From Klebsiella phage KMI8, in the sequence record MN101222.1: a stretch of 52,821 nucleotides of DNA; one strand, 5' to 3'. The notes beneath the pieces are model-generated. The model was not told the DNA's origin and made no database searches. It saw only the letters and a list, made by a program, of their open reading frames with translations. Positions 45,454 through 52,821 of this stretch are shown one piece after another; position 1 is the stretch's first letter; every line of letters begins with the position of its first letter. The translations under genes were made by a program, and so were the position numbers.

Positions 45454-45720
45454 ATGACCACTTTCCGCAACCAGGTGCTCGCAGCAAAGGCGCAATCACC
45501 AGACAAGCAGATCCGCTATCTGGCATTCGTCACCGATAACCCAACGAAGGCATTCACCGGGAACCGCTACGAGAACAAGGCCGCATTTCTGGCATGGATT
45601 GCAGACCGTAAAGCGGAGTACGCAGCGGCTTACCCTGGCTGGCTCCTGGGCGGAGTATCGATCGCCAGTCAAGAGCACTTCACCGATTTCATCCTTCGCG
45701 GACAATGGCGCGATAAATAG
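45454..45720 (+). CDS. Hypothetical protein
   Basis: 88 aa, GGGAG upstream. Confidence 0.6.
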   Translation: MTTFRNQVLAAKAQSPDKQIRYLAFVTDNPTKAFTGNRYENKAAFLAWIADRKAEYAAAYPGWLLGGVSIASQEHFTDFILRGQWRDK

Positions 45721-45760
45721 CACTTTTTGTTAAACATGCCCCGCCGACCTAGGGCATAAT
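45718..45760 (+). promoter_or_regulatory. Dispersed-motif promoter
   Basis: TAGCACTTTTTGTTA, 22 nt, CATAAT. Confidence 0.7.
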
Positions 45761-45825
45761 ACACACATGGAGACGGAAGCGGCAAGGATGCAGCAGGAGA
45801 GGAGCGACGCAGGGGCTTAATCGTA

Positions 45826-45954
45826 GTGTTAGGATTCCCAACCGTGAGGCCGAACGACTGGACACTCGCCGAAAGGCAGAACGCATACCAGCGCAATCGA
45901 ACCGAGGCTACCGACGAAGCACGCACCGTCTACTTTTTAACTAATCAGGGGTAA
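45826..45954 (+). CDS. Possible 42-aa GTG-initiated small protein
   Basis: V/MLGFPTVRPNDWTLAERQNAYQRNRTEATDEARTVYFLTNQG; otherwise empty interval after a promoter. Confidence 0.3.
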   Translation: MLGFPTVRPNDWTLAERQNAYQRNRTEATDEARTVYFLTNQG

Positions 45955-45959
45955 TAGCC

Positions 45960-46187
45960 ATGCAATCTAAAGCAGCAGTTGTACGCATCATCAAAAGCAA
46001 AGAGTTCGGCAAGATTGGGCGCGTTGTGGCGGAGTGTGAGAGCTACTTTGTAGCCGATCTGCTTGTTACCGGGCTTGAGCGCGCAGACCTGGATTGCAAA
46101 CTGCCTTACACGATTGGATACATGGCTATCCGCAATGAACACTTAAATCACGCCGCAACATCCTACGGATTCAAACTGGAGAAGTAA
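45960..46187 (+). CDS. Hypothetical protein
   Basis: 75-aa ORF in tight array. Confidence 0.6.
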   Translation: MQSKAAVVRIIKSKEFGKIGRVVAECESYFVADLLVTGLERADLDCKLPYTIGYMAIRNEHLNHAATSYGFKLEK

Positions 46188-46189
46188 TC

Positions 46190-46510
46190 ATGATCACGAC
46201 CAAAAATCCACTTCCGGGAAACCTGTACCTTCTGGCTCACACTGGCGGGGTTCGTAACGTCCTGCTGTACATTCACGAGGACAGGACTTGCTCAAGCGTA
46301 TGGGCCTCATCGGATGGAAAGCGACTGTACCGCTTCCGGGCATTCGATAAACCAGGCGCAGCGGGTAGCGACGACTGGCTTTACGATATCCGCATGGGCG
46401 GGACAACGTTCAAGGCCGTGTTTGTTGGTCGCCCACGCAAGCAGCCGCACCGCATTACCAACGCGGAGATTTTCGACCTGTACACCAAATTCAACGTAAA
46501 GCACGGGTGA
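46190..46510 (+). CDS. Hypothetical protein
   Basis: 106-aa ORF in tight array. Confidence 0.6.
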   Translation: MITTKNPLPGNLYLLAHTGGVRNVLLYIHEDRTCSSVWASSDGKRLYRFRAFDKPGAAGSDDWLYDIRMGGTTFKAVFVGRPRKQPHRITNAEIFDLYTKFNVKHG

Positions 46511-46514
46511 TGAT

Positions 46515-46853
46515 ATGAAACCAATCTTAAGCGCCTTCGATCGTAACTGGATGGTAGGCCCGCGCGGGGAGCAACCTGTACTTTGCCGCCTGGTGTGGGT
46601 TCCACACAAGAGCGAGCACGGGAGCCGCCACGATCTGATGCGGTCATGGGCCGTGCGCAATCGCCTTTTTATGATGGTAATGCCAGGCATGGGCGACCTT
46701 GCCAGAAACTACGGGATCGGAGCGATGCGCCAGGTGCATTATTTGTATGGCGTCGGCTTCTACCTTCAGAGCAACTACAAAGCTAAACGCGAGCGCGTGA
46801 GCCTGGATATAGTCATGCGGTCGGCTTACCTCTTTACTAACGGGATGCACTAA
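46515..46853 (+). CDS. Hypothetical protein
   Basis: 112-aa ORF in tight array. Confidence 0.55.
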   Translation: MKPILSAFDRNWMVGPRGEQPVLCRLVWVPHKSEHGSRHDLMRSWAVRNRLFMMVMPGMGDLARNYGIGAMRQVHYLYGVGFYLQSNYKAKRERVSLDIVMRSAYLFTNGMH

Positions 46854-46855
46854 TC

Positions 46856-47044
46856 ATGATTGACAACATCGCTTACTTTATGCTTCTTATAGCCGTCCTG
46901 GTGATGGTCACTGCCTACCGCAAGCAGTCGCGGGAGCTTGACGCTGTAAAACGCGAGCTATCCCAGGCGAAGGCTGAAATCGAAGCGACTCGGATTCACC
47001 TTAACCGGGTATACTCAGACCTTAACGACGCATTAGGGGAATAA
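46856..47044 (+). CDS. Small membrane protein with coiled coil
   Basis: MIDNIAYFMLLIAVLVMVTAYRKQ then charged helix. Confidence 0.6.
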   Translation: MIDNIAYFMLLIAVLVMVTAYRKQSRELDAVKRELSQAKAEIEATRIHLNRVYSDLNDALGE

Positions 47045-47087
47045 TAGCACGAATTGCTAAACGTGCGCCACGTAGGCGCGCTATAGT
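47045..47087 (+). promoter_or_regulatory. Dispersed-motif promoter
   Basis: TAGCACGAATTGCTA, 22 nt, TATAGT. Confidence 0.75.
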
Positions 47088-47187
47088 ATACCACAACAAG
47101 CAAACGGGCGGCTTGAAATAGAGTTGCCCACAATTGGATTTAGGCGCATCACAATCGATGCAAAAACGTTAAATTTTGGAGATGACC

Positions 47188-47511
47188 ATGAAACTTAAAA
47201 CCCTGTTAGCCCTGCCGAACGTCAACCCGATTAACCGCAACCGCTTTGGTATGATTCGCGCCGTGCACTTCACGACCGAAGAGCTTAAGGCGAATGGCTA
47301 TACCCATCTAGCCGTCGAATTGGATGGAACGATTTTCGCATGGAAGGGTAAAGATCGCCCCCTGGTTATGCGTCGCGGCGACAAGTCCCTTGATGGATGG
47401 TTTAGCAACCTGAATATCAATAACGGAATACGCGATTGCAACCTCGGCGAAATGGTCGGCTCCCTGGGCTATGCTCCGGTTAACTGGCACCGCATGGTTT
47501 GGGCGCTATAG
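47188..47511 (+). CDS. Hypothetical protein
   Basis: internal ATG with GGAG upstream. Confidence 0.6.
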   Translation: MKLKTLLALPNVNPINRNRFGMIRAVHFTTEELKANGYTHLAVELDGTIFAWKGKDRPLVMRRGDKSLDGWFSNLNINNGIRDCNLGEMVGSLGYAPVNWHRMVWAL

Positions 47512-47551
47512 CACGAATTGCTAAAACACGATCGGGGTAAGCTGTTATAGT
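47509..47551 (+). promoter_or_regulatory. Dispersed-motif promoter
   Basis: TAGCACGAATTGCTA, 22 nt, TATAGT. Confidence 0.75.
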
Positions 47552-47581
47552 TACCCCACACCAACAAACGAGGGATTCGAA

Positions 47582-48016
47582 ATGTACAACCAGAACGACG
47601 TTAAAAAGACCGAAGTTATCGTTATCACCAGCGTACCGGACACTTACGGCGACTCATTCTCCCGCACCATTGGCAAGCCCATTACCGCCACTAAAACCGG
47701 GTTCGGCGGCTGGCATGTTCCGGTTGCGCATGACGTGATCGACAACCCGGACTCAATCTGGACTCGAAGCGAAGAAGTGACCCTGTTCTTTAAGGAGGGG
47801 GAGGCAAGACCAGCAACGCAGCAGGAAGTAAGCGAAATGCTAACTCCGCTGACTGGTGGCATTGCGAAGACAATCGGCGAAGAACTGGAAGCCTCATTCC
47901 GCGCCCATATGCGCGCCACGTCACGCGACAACCCTTTCCGCCATTGGAACCGCATCAAGGGGAATCGCAAGCTGGGCCAGCCGGAAGTTTACACCATGAA
48001 GGAGTTGCGCGCATGA
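47582..48016 (+). CDS. Hypothetical protein
   Basis: 144 aa; VIVITSVPDTYGDSFSRTIGKPITATKTG... Confidence 0.65.
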   Translation: MYNQNDVKKTEVIVITSVPDTYGDSFSRTIGKPITATKTGFGGWHVPVAHDVIDNPDSIWTRSEEVTLFFKEGEARPATQQEVSEMLTPLTGGIAKTIGEELEASFRAHMRATSRDNPFRHWNRIKGNRKLGQPEVYTMKELRA

Positions 48017-48249
48017 AAATGAAATGTGTAGCTACCGGGCGTCATTGTTTCTTCACGGTCGGAAAGACCTACGGCGCGGAGCATGGCGGGTACGATGACT
48101 CAATCCGCCGCCAGTGGGTTCACGTATGCCAAGATGATATGGTATCAGATCTGGAGGGGCTAGATCGTTGGGTAGCCGTACCGATGCGCGGTCACAAGAA
48201 CCGATTCGAGATCCCAGGCAATAAAACAATCCTGGAGATCGTGGAGTGA
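48013..48249 (+). CDS. Small member of dispersed C...F-VG-Y family
   Basis: MKMKCVATGRHCFFTVGKTYGAEHGGYDDS; ATGA overlap. Confidence 0.65.
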   Translation: MKMKCVATGRHCFFTVGKTYGAEHGGYDDSIRRQWVHVCQDDMVSDLEGLDRWVAVPMRGHKNRFEIPGNKTILEIVE

Positions 48250-48476
48250 AAATAAAATGCTTGCGCGTGGGCGGATTGCTTGCGCCTTACTTCTCGCCTG
48301 GTGTAGAATACCTGGCGTCACTCGGAGATGATGACATAGTGCATTGTCGCGAGGATGACAAAAACACGGTGGCGGAAGATTGCATTCCCTGGTCTTTTTG
48401 GCGTATGCCTAACGGGATAATCAGCGCCTACCAGAAAGAAAACCATACACTTTTTGAGGTATCAAGTCATGACTAA
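48246..48476 (+). CDS. Small member of same family (GTG start)
   Basis: MKIKCLRVGGLLAPYFSPGVEYLASLGDDD. Confidence 0.6.
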   Translation: MKIKCLRVGGLLAPYFSPGVEYLASLGDDDIVHCREDDKNTVAEDCIPWSFWRMPNGIISAYQKENHTLFEVSSHD

Positions 48477-48756
48477 TACGAAACGCGGTTTTAAATGCAT
48501 TGCAATTCACGATATGGCGCGAGCGAGCGGCTCAATCTCCGCCAATACGATCTACCCGGTCAACGAAGTTATCAGCGAAGATTATCAAATCATTACCTCT
48601 GACAGTGGGCGCGGCTTCGCTCTTACTCCTGGAAATGGTCGCTGGGTTAACGCTGGCGAGCCGTTCGTTGAATTTGTCGTCGTTGATATCGAAGTGCCGG
48701 AAGAAGCCATTCCGACCGCGCCGGATGTTGTGTACGAAGGGGAAGGCAATGAATAA
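48469..48756 (+). CDS. Small member of same family
   Basis: FKCIAIHDMARASGSISANTIYPVNEVISEDYQIITSDSGRGF. Confidence 0.6.
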   Translation: MTNTKRGFKCIAIHDMARASGSISANTIYPVNEVISEDYQIITSDSGRGFALTPGNGRWVNAGEPFVEFVVVDIEVPEEAIPTAPDVVYEGEGNE

Positions 48757-48991
48757 ATTATTCGAAGTTATTCTCGTGAATTGGAATAAACTATTCCGCC
48801 GTTATGATATCGTTGCAGAGCAAAAACGGCTGGGTGGCACGAAGTGGACGCGGCAACATATTTACCAGCGCGGCGCGTTTGGAAAGTGTGCATACCTGGG
48901 CTACCGCTTGAATGTGGTCGATGCAATCCAGGTTATCGCGGAGCACTCAGGCGGCGATTGTTACATCAACATTGTAAAGGCGAAGAAATGA
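48749..48991 (+). CDS. Hypothetical protein
   Basis: ATGAATAA overlap, 80 aa, AAGG RBS. Confidence 0.6.
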   Translation: MNKLFEVILVNWNKLFRRYDIVAEQKRLGGTKWTRQHIYQRGAFGKCAYLGYRLNVVDAIQVIAEHSGGDCYINIVKAKK

Positions 48992-49227
48992 CCACTCACA
49001 GCAATAAGGCTTTTGATTCGTACTGGCTATCGGTTGCCGCAATCCTGGCGCTACTGTTCGTCATCACTCTGACGCTAAGCAAGCCACCAGTTAAGCCGAT
49101 CCCGGCCTGCTATGACACTGGCGAGGTTCAGGTTGTATCGGTGCATAATAGCGGCATTCAATCAACGATCGAGTATCAGTATGAAGTGCAATGTAACAAC
49201 GGCGAATCATACTGGCGCAGCAAATAG
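48988..49227 (+). CDS. Small membrane/secreted protein
   Basis: WLSVAAILALLFVITLTLS TM segment, two Cys in exported part. Confidence 0.6.
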   Translation: MTTHSNKAFDSYWLSVAAILALLFVITLTLSKPPVKPIPACYDTGEVQVVSVHNSGIQSTIEYQYEVQCNNGESYWRSK

Positions 49228-49268
49228 CACTTTTTGCTAAAGACTTTCCGCAAGGCCATTGTTATAGT
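49225..49268 (+). promoter_or_regulatory. Dispersed-motif promoter with -10 inside dyad
   Basis: TAGCACTTTTTGCTA, 23 nt, TATAGT; AAGGCCA...TGGCCTT around -10. Confidence 0.7.
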
Positions 49269-49300
49269 GGCCTTATTGAAAGCAACCAACAATAGAGGAA

Positions 49301-49486
49301 ATGGTTATGTCATTCAAAGTATACAGTAAGACCGAAGAGGCCAAAAAGCCGACCATGCGCATGTTTGATGACGCAGAGCAGGCGCAGACTCACGCAGCAA
49401 ATGAGATCGCGGAAGGTAAGCACGTTGTCGTTACCAGCATTCGCGAAGTGATTATTTTCGATAACGCAAGCCAGGGGGCCGAATAA
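49301..49486 (+). CDS. Hypothetical protein
   Basis: 61 aa, AGAGGAA upstream. Confidence 0.5.
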   Translation: MVMSFKVYSKTEEAKKPTMRMFDDAEQAQTHAANEIAEGKHVVVTSIREVIIFDNASQGAE

Positions 49487-49974
49487 TGAAAACTGCAAAA
49501 CTGATGATCGTCAACGCTCGCGATGAGCACAATAAGCACCGCATTGGTCAGATCTTCGACGCTCAAGTTTTAGGGCGCGGGCGAGCAAAGTTCAAGATCA
49601 TCCCTCGCGACGGCTTCCCGGCATACGGCATTAACCCGGTAAGCGATGATGAAGATTTAACCATTCGCGTCGGCTTCGGCCCGGATGATGCAATTTTCCA
49701 TCTGCGCCAGGTATCGAAGGCCACTAAGCGCAAGTTGCTGGTTCGGGCGCTGAAGGTGATCGCCAAAGAGCGCGGGTATACTAACGCATACGTTCGCCGC
49801 TTCGGTGAGTCTGCCAACATTGGCGATTGGGCGCGCAAATGGGCGGATTGGTACATCGATTCACGCGGTGAATTCAATAGCTGCAATACCGACTGGTTAC
49901 ACGGAACCGAACACGATCCCGTTAACGGCCACGAATGGCGGGAATTCATTCAAGCCGAATTTGACGCTTACTAA
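49486..49974 (+). CDS. Hypothetical protein
   Basis: 162 aa, tight junction with previous gene. Confidence 0.6.
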   Translation: MKTAKLMIVNARDEHNKHRIGQIFDAQVLGRGRAKFKIIPRDGFPAYGINPVSDDEDLTIRVGFGPDDAIFHLRQVSKATKRKLLVRALKVIAKERGYTNAYVRRFGESANIGDWARKWADWYIDSRGEFNSCNTDWLHGTEHDPVNGHEWREFIQAEFDAY

Positions 49975-50017
49975 TAGCACTTTTTGTTAAAACATCCTTC
50001 CGGGCCTGCTGTATAGT
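49975..50017 (+). promoter_or_regulatory. Dispersed-motif promoter with -10 inside dyad
   Basis: TAGCACTTTTTGTTA, 22 nt, TATAGT; GGGCCT...AGGCCC around -10. Confidence 0.7.
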
Positions 50018-50047
50018 AGGCCCACACAAACAAACGAGGAATCAATC

Positions 50048-50716
50048 ATGAATCGCTCTTACCACTTCCCTTTTGTCGTCCACTCTCAAGGCGTTGGAAC
50101 CTTTACTTACCTGAATTCGACGGATGAATGTTTCCGAATTGAAGTTAATGGCAATCGCCTTGAGTTCATTCAACCGCTCTCTTACTTCCTTGAGCGAAAT
50201 GCGCGACAAAATCCAAACAACGAGCCGGATAAGGATTATTACATCTCTTCCGGCCTGGGTGAAAATCCTGTTATCGACTACGCAGAAGAGACGGCGAGAA
50301 ACATGTTTGGGCGTAATGAGTCTCGCGGAATTGTTAACTTCGGATTACATGGCGGAGGTCTTGTCGATGGCCTGAAAATCAAGTCACCTTCAGAAGTGGC
50401 GGCGCTGGTTAATGTCAAGACAATTGGCATTGAAGATGCCTTTATCCAAAATGGCGAAATCAAATCAGCCAAACTATCGGGCCGCGCCGGGTTTGTAATC
50501 GCATCTGATAACTTCGCGACGTTTTCCGCCCCGACCAAAGAGCAGGCGCTAAGAAAAGAGGTCGATCGCCTGACTGGTGAACTTACTGCGGCTCACGCCA
50601 CGATCCAGAAAGTACGCGAAGCGCTCCGTACGCAAGAAGGTGAAGACGTACAAGCGCACGCAAAAGTATTACGTCAAATGGCTGATGCGCTAGTTAAATT
50701 ATGGCATGGTGAATAG
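50048..50716 (+). CDS. Hypothetical protein with C-terminal coiled coil
   Basis: 222 aa. Confidence 0.65.
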   Translation: MNRSYHFPFVVHSQGVGTFTYLNSTDECFRIEVNGNRLEFIQPLSYFLERNARQNPNNEPDKDYYISSGLGENPVIDYAEETARNMFGRNESRGIVNFGLHGGGLVDGLKIKSPSEVAALVNVKTIGIEDAFIQNGEIKSAKLSGRAGFVIASDNFATFSAPTKEQALRKEVDRLTGELTAAHATIQKVREALRTQEGEDVQAHAKVLRQMADALVKLWHGE

Positions 50717-50756
50717 CACTTTTTGCTAAACCTTCCGCAAGGGCATTTGATATAGT
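50714..50756 (+). promoter_or_regulatory. Dispersed-motif promoter with -10 inside dyad
   Basis: TAGCACTTTTTGCTA, 22 nt, TATAGT; GGGCA...TGCCC around -10. Confidence 0.7.
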
Positions 50757-50792
50757 GCCCTTATTGAAGCAACCCAATCAGGAGCTAAACAA

Positions 50793-51065
50793 ATGGCAAT
50801 CGCATATCCGACCATCAATAAATCATTTCTTGGCCTGGCTGTAATTGAGATCGTTAACCCAAACGTTAGCCACTCACCAGATGAGCCAACGATCGCGGAG
50901 TGGGCCGGGTTCAAGGTTGGCGACCGTTTAACGGTTGAGTGCTATAGCGATGGCAGCAAGTGGGCGCAAGTGGGCCGCGACTACCACACCAAAGAGCATG
51001 GCCAGGTTCTTAAAACAGACTGGTTCGAACTTAACGAAGAAGAATACAAGGTGATCGAAGAATGA
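50793..51065 (+). CDS. Hypothetical small protein, SH3-like
   Basis: FKVGDRLTVECYSDGSKWAQVGRDY... Confidence 0.55.
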   Translation: MAIAYPTINKSFLGLAVIEIVNPNVSHSPDEPTIAEWAGFKVGDRLTVECYSDGSKWAQVGRDYHTKEHGQVLKTDWFELNEEEYKVIEE

Positions 51066-51517
51066 AAATCTGGGTTTTGACTTACACGATCGGGACTAAC
51101 GAGGGGCGCAAGCAGCGCCGCCTTACCTGTGACACCAAAGAGCAAGCGGAGATGCAGCAATCCGTTTTGGGCGGCGAGGTTCGGGAGTACGTCGAATCGC
51201 CGGAATCGTTCAAGGTCAAATGGCCTGAAGTTCTGGATATCGACGCCGTGATGATGGAGTTACGCCGAATACAAAACAACCCGCAAACGTGGGCGGAACT
51301 GTACCAGTGCAGGCTTGAGCCTGAAACCGAAGGCGAGCGCCTGGCTAAAAACGAAGCCGTTCGCGATCTGGTTGTCGATGAGGTATCGTGTCTTATCGAT
51401 GATATGTCTAACCATTCGCCAGGTTGCCAGTGGGAAGAGCCTGGTTCGCCAGCCTGGGATTTAGCGAAGGTTGAGGCGCTCAACAACATTCGAAAATTAG
51501 TTAACGCAATCGTATAG
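51062..51517 (+). CDS. Hypothetical protein
   Basis: ATGA overlap, 151 aa. Confidence 0.6.
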   Translation: MKIWVLTYTIGTNEGRKQRRLTCDTKEQAEMQQSVLGGEVREYVESPESFKVKWPEVLDIDAVMMELRRIQNNPQTWAELYQCRLEPETEGERLAKNEAVRDLVVDEVSCLIDDMSNHSPGCQWEEPGSPAWDLAKVEALNNIRKLVNAIV

Positions 51518-51573
51518 CATTTAACGGGCCTGTATGGCATTATGCGGGCCTCAAATAAAAGAGGTTAAATCGT

Positions 51574-51798
51574 ATGTCTGAGTATTCAAAAATCGAAGAT
51601 ATGCCGCTAGGCGCTGCGGTGTTGGGTATTTGCCTTGAGGAATCAACTGATATCATGACGGCGCTATCGTTCCCGGTCACTCAGATTGAAACCGATAGCG
51701 AAAAGGGATACGTATTTTTGTATCTTGACAAAGGTTCACCACTTCGCGCGGAGATCTCAATTGCTCGCGGGACGTGGGTAGAATGGGAGAGAACGTAA
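51574..51798 (+). CDS. Hypothetical protein
   Basis: 74 aa, AGAGG upstream. Confidence 0.55.
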   Translation: MSEYSKIEDMPLGAAVLGICLEESTDIMTALSFPVTQIETDSEKGYVFLYLDKGSPLRAEISIARGTWVEWERT

Positions 51799-52032
51799 TT
51801 GTTTGGATTAAGCGAAGGGCATTACAACATCGTGAAGCAGTCGGCGCGCCGTTGCGCTGAAGATATCAAGACTACCATCAAGCGCGACAAGGCGACTTAC
51901 GACCAGGTGGCGGCTGGTAAGATCTCGGAGCATCACGAAAAGGTAAGCACGCTCGTTTCACGCGGGCAATTCATTTGGTTAATCGGCTACCTTCAAGGTC
52001 GATTCGGTTCAAGTAACGCGGAGTATGAATAA
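51799..52032 (+). CDS. Hypothetical protein (TTG start as annotated)
   Basis: 77 aa, abuts neighbours. Confidence 0.5.
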   Translation: MFGLSEGHYNIVKQSARRCAEDIKTTIKRDKATYDQVAAGKISEHHEKVSTLVSRGQFIWLIGYLQGRFGSSNAEYE

Positions 52033-52229
52033 TGAGCAATCCAGTTAAGGGCGGCGCAATCGTCGCGAAGAGCAGTAGCGCAGAATTCACGGCTGGTTGT
52101 GAGTACCAGATCGAAAAGGTTAGCAAGTGGCGCGGTCTTACGATGGTCAAAGTGTACAACGACAACGGCGACCCGGTAAGCATCGAATTCCCGCATGATA
52201 AAGATTTTGGGATTTTCGAAACGGTTTAG
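52032..52229 (+). CDS. Small member of dispersed F..G..Y family
   Basis: EFTAGCEYQIEKVSKWRGLTMVKVYNDNGDPVSIEFPHDKDFGIFETV. Confidence 0.55.
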   Translation: MSNPVKGGAIVAKSSSAEFTAGCEYQIEKVSKWRGLTMVKVYNDNGDPVSIEFPHDKDFGIFETV

Positions 52230-52258
52230 TTGACTTGCGTCACTGACCGGGTTACTAT
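52230..52258 (+). promoter_or_regulatory. Canonical sigma70-like promoter
   Basis: TTGACT-N17-TACTAT. Confidence 0.55.
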
Positions 52259-52336
52259 CTCAATCGTAAACACAAGAGGCGCTATATGTGCGCTACGTTC
52301 GCCCCGCGTTAGGGGCATTTATTCGGAGGCTGAAGC

Positions 52337-52522
52337 ATGAAGTACGATGTTATGCTGCAATCTCGAAAGATGGGCGGATTCTGTAAAAGTTGCGTACAGA
52401 ATTACGCCTTTGAAGTTGAAGCAAGTAGCAACGAGGAAGCGGTAAGCAAGGCAAAAGAGGCATCCGGCCTAAACCTTGATTACTACAAAATAAACATTCT
52501 CTATGTAAGGATCTCAAAATGA
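52337..52522 (+). CDS. Hypothetical protein
   Basis: 61 aa, GAGG-type upstream, ATGA overlap with next gene. Confidence 0.55.
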   Translation: MKYDVMLQSRKMGGFCKSCVQNYAFEVEASSNEEAVSKAKEASGLNLDYYKINILYVRISK

Positions 52523-52821
52523 CAGCATTACTTTTCGTTCTGTTCGCTCTGTTCTGTATCGCGGTTGGCATCGCGGCAACTTTACTTGTTGTTGCGGCTA
52601 TTGTTCATGAGGACGTGAAAAACGGTGAGGGCTTGTATGTTTCCTTCAATCCGGGTAAAGATCGCTGGATGGTGTTCGGAGACGTTGAAGAGACGTTAAA
52701 CAAAATGCGGAACCATTACCGCGAGCCTGATACATTCGGCAAGGCCGAAGTTGAGAAAATCAAGGCAGACCGGAAAGCGAAGAAGGCGGCAGCTAAAAAG
52801 CGGCGCTGGTATCGCAAGTAA
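52519..52821 (+). CDS. Membrane protein with basic C-terminus
   Basis: LLFVLFALFCIAVGIAATLLVVAAIV TM segment, KKAAAKKRRWYRK tail; ends exactly at window end. Confidence 0.6.
   Translation: MTALLFVLFALFCIAVGIAATLLVVAAIVHEDVKNGEGLYVSFNPGKDRWMVFGDVEETLNKMRNHYREPDTFGKAEVEKIKADRKAKKAAAKKRRWYRK

Noticed and set aside
48500-48991. Full 163-aa reading of this ORF
   Set aside because: Only the part from ATG 48749 follows a ribosome site and avoids overlap with 48469..48756.
51517-51560. Possible further motif copy (TATAGCATTTAACGGGCC...CATTAT)
   Set aside because: Only a half-site and the spacing to the -10 does not match the 21-23 nt rule.
1-52821. tRNA genes, CRISPR arrays, integrase or lysogeny module
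   Set aside because: No cloverleaf-like CCA-proximal signatures, repeat-spacer arrays, or integrase motifs recognised by eye; a single HTH gene is not enough to claim lysogeny. tRNAscan-SE should be run to confirm.

Overview
The window reads as an almost complete lytic siphophage genome with T1-like (Drexlerviridae-type) organisation. It starts exactly at a small terminase ATG and ends at a stop codon. Rightward order is: packaging and head (TerS, TerL, DUF1073 portal, MuF, DUF2213, cement, DUF2184-like capsid), neck and tail (with a -1 frameshift chaperone pair, tape measure, M/L/K/I, and a 2206-aa J-like protein), a leftward Cor-like block, an S74-type tail fibre, a leftward SSB/Erf/PD-(D/E)XK/primase/HTH block, rightward helicase/VRR-NUC/Dam/phosphoesterase/HAD phosphatase/dNMP kinase genes, lysis genes (holin, SAR-like endolysin, unimolecular spanin), a leftward DUF3987/C5-methylase-like block, and a right arm of many small unknown genes. 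The strongest non-routine signals are as follows. (1) A 15-bp palindrome TAGCA-N5-TGCTA (cores CGAAT or CTTTT) occurs at about 17 places on both strands. In 13 cases it lies exactly 22 bp upstream of a -10 hexamer, centred near -42, which is the geometry of a class II activator site. One copy lies next to the phage HTH gene and one lies inside the spacer of the probable capsid promoter. (2) Two distant intergenic loci (about 28.34-28.74 kb and 44.16-44.51 kb) are packed with TTACC/GGTAA iteron-like repeats plus TAA microsatellites, and are candidate origins or control hubs. (3) A consensus A_AAA_AAC slippery site. (4) A dispersed family of small Cys-x(n)-F-x-x-G-x-x-Y proteins. (5) Very acidic small proteins that could be DNA mimics. 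(6) A giant repetitive coiled-coil insertion in the J-like protein. Family names are from memory of conserved motifs; no searches were run.
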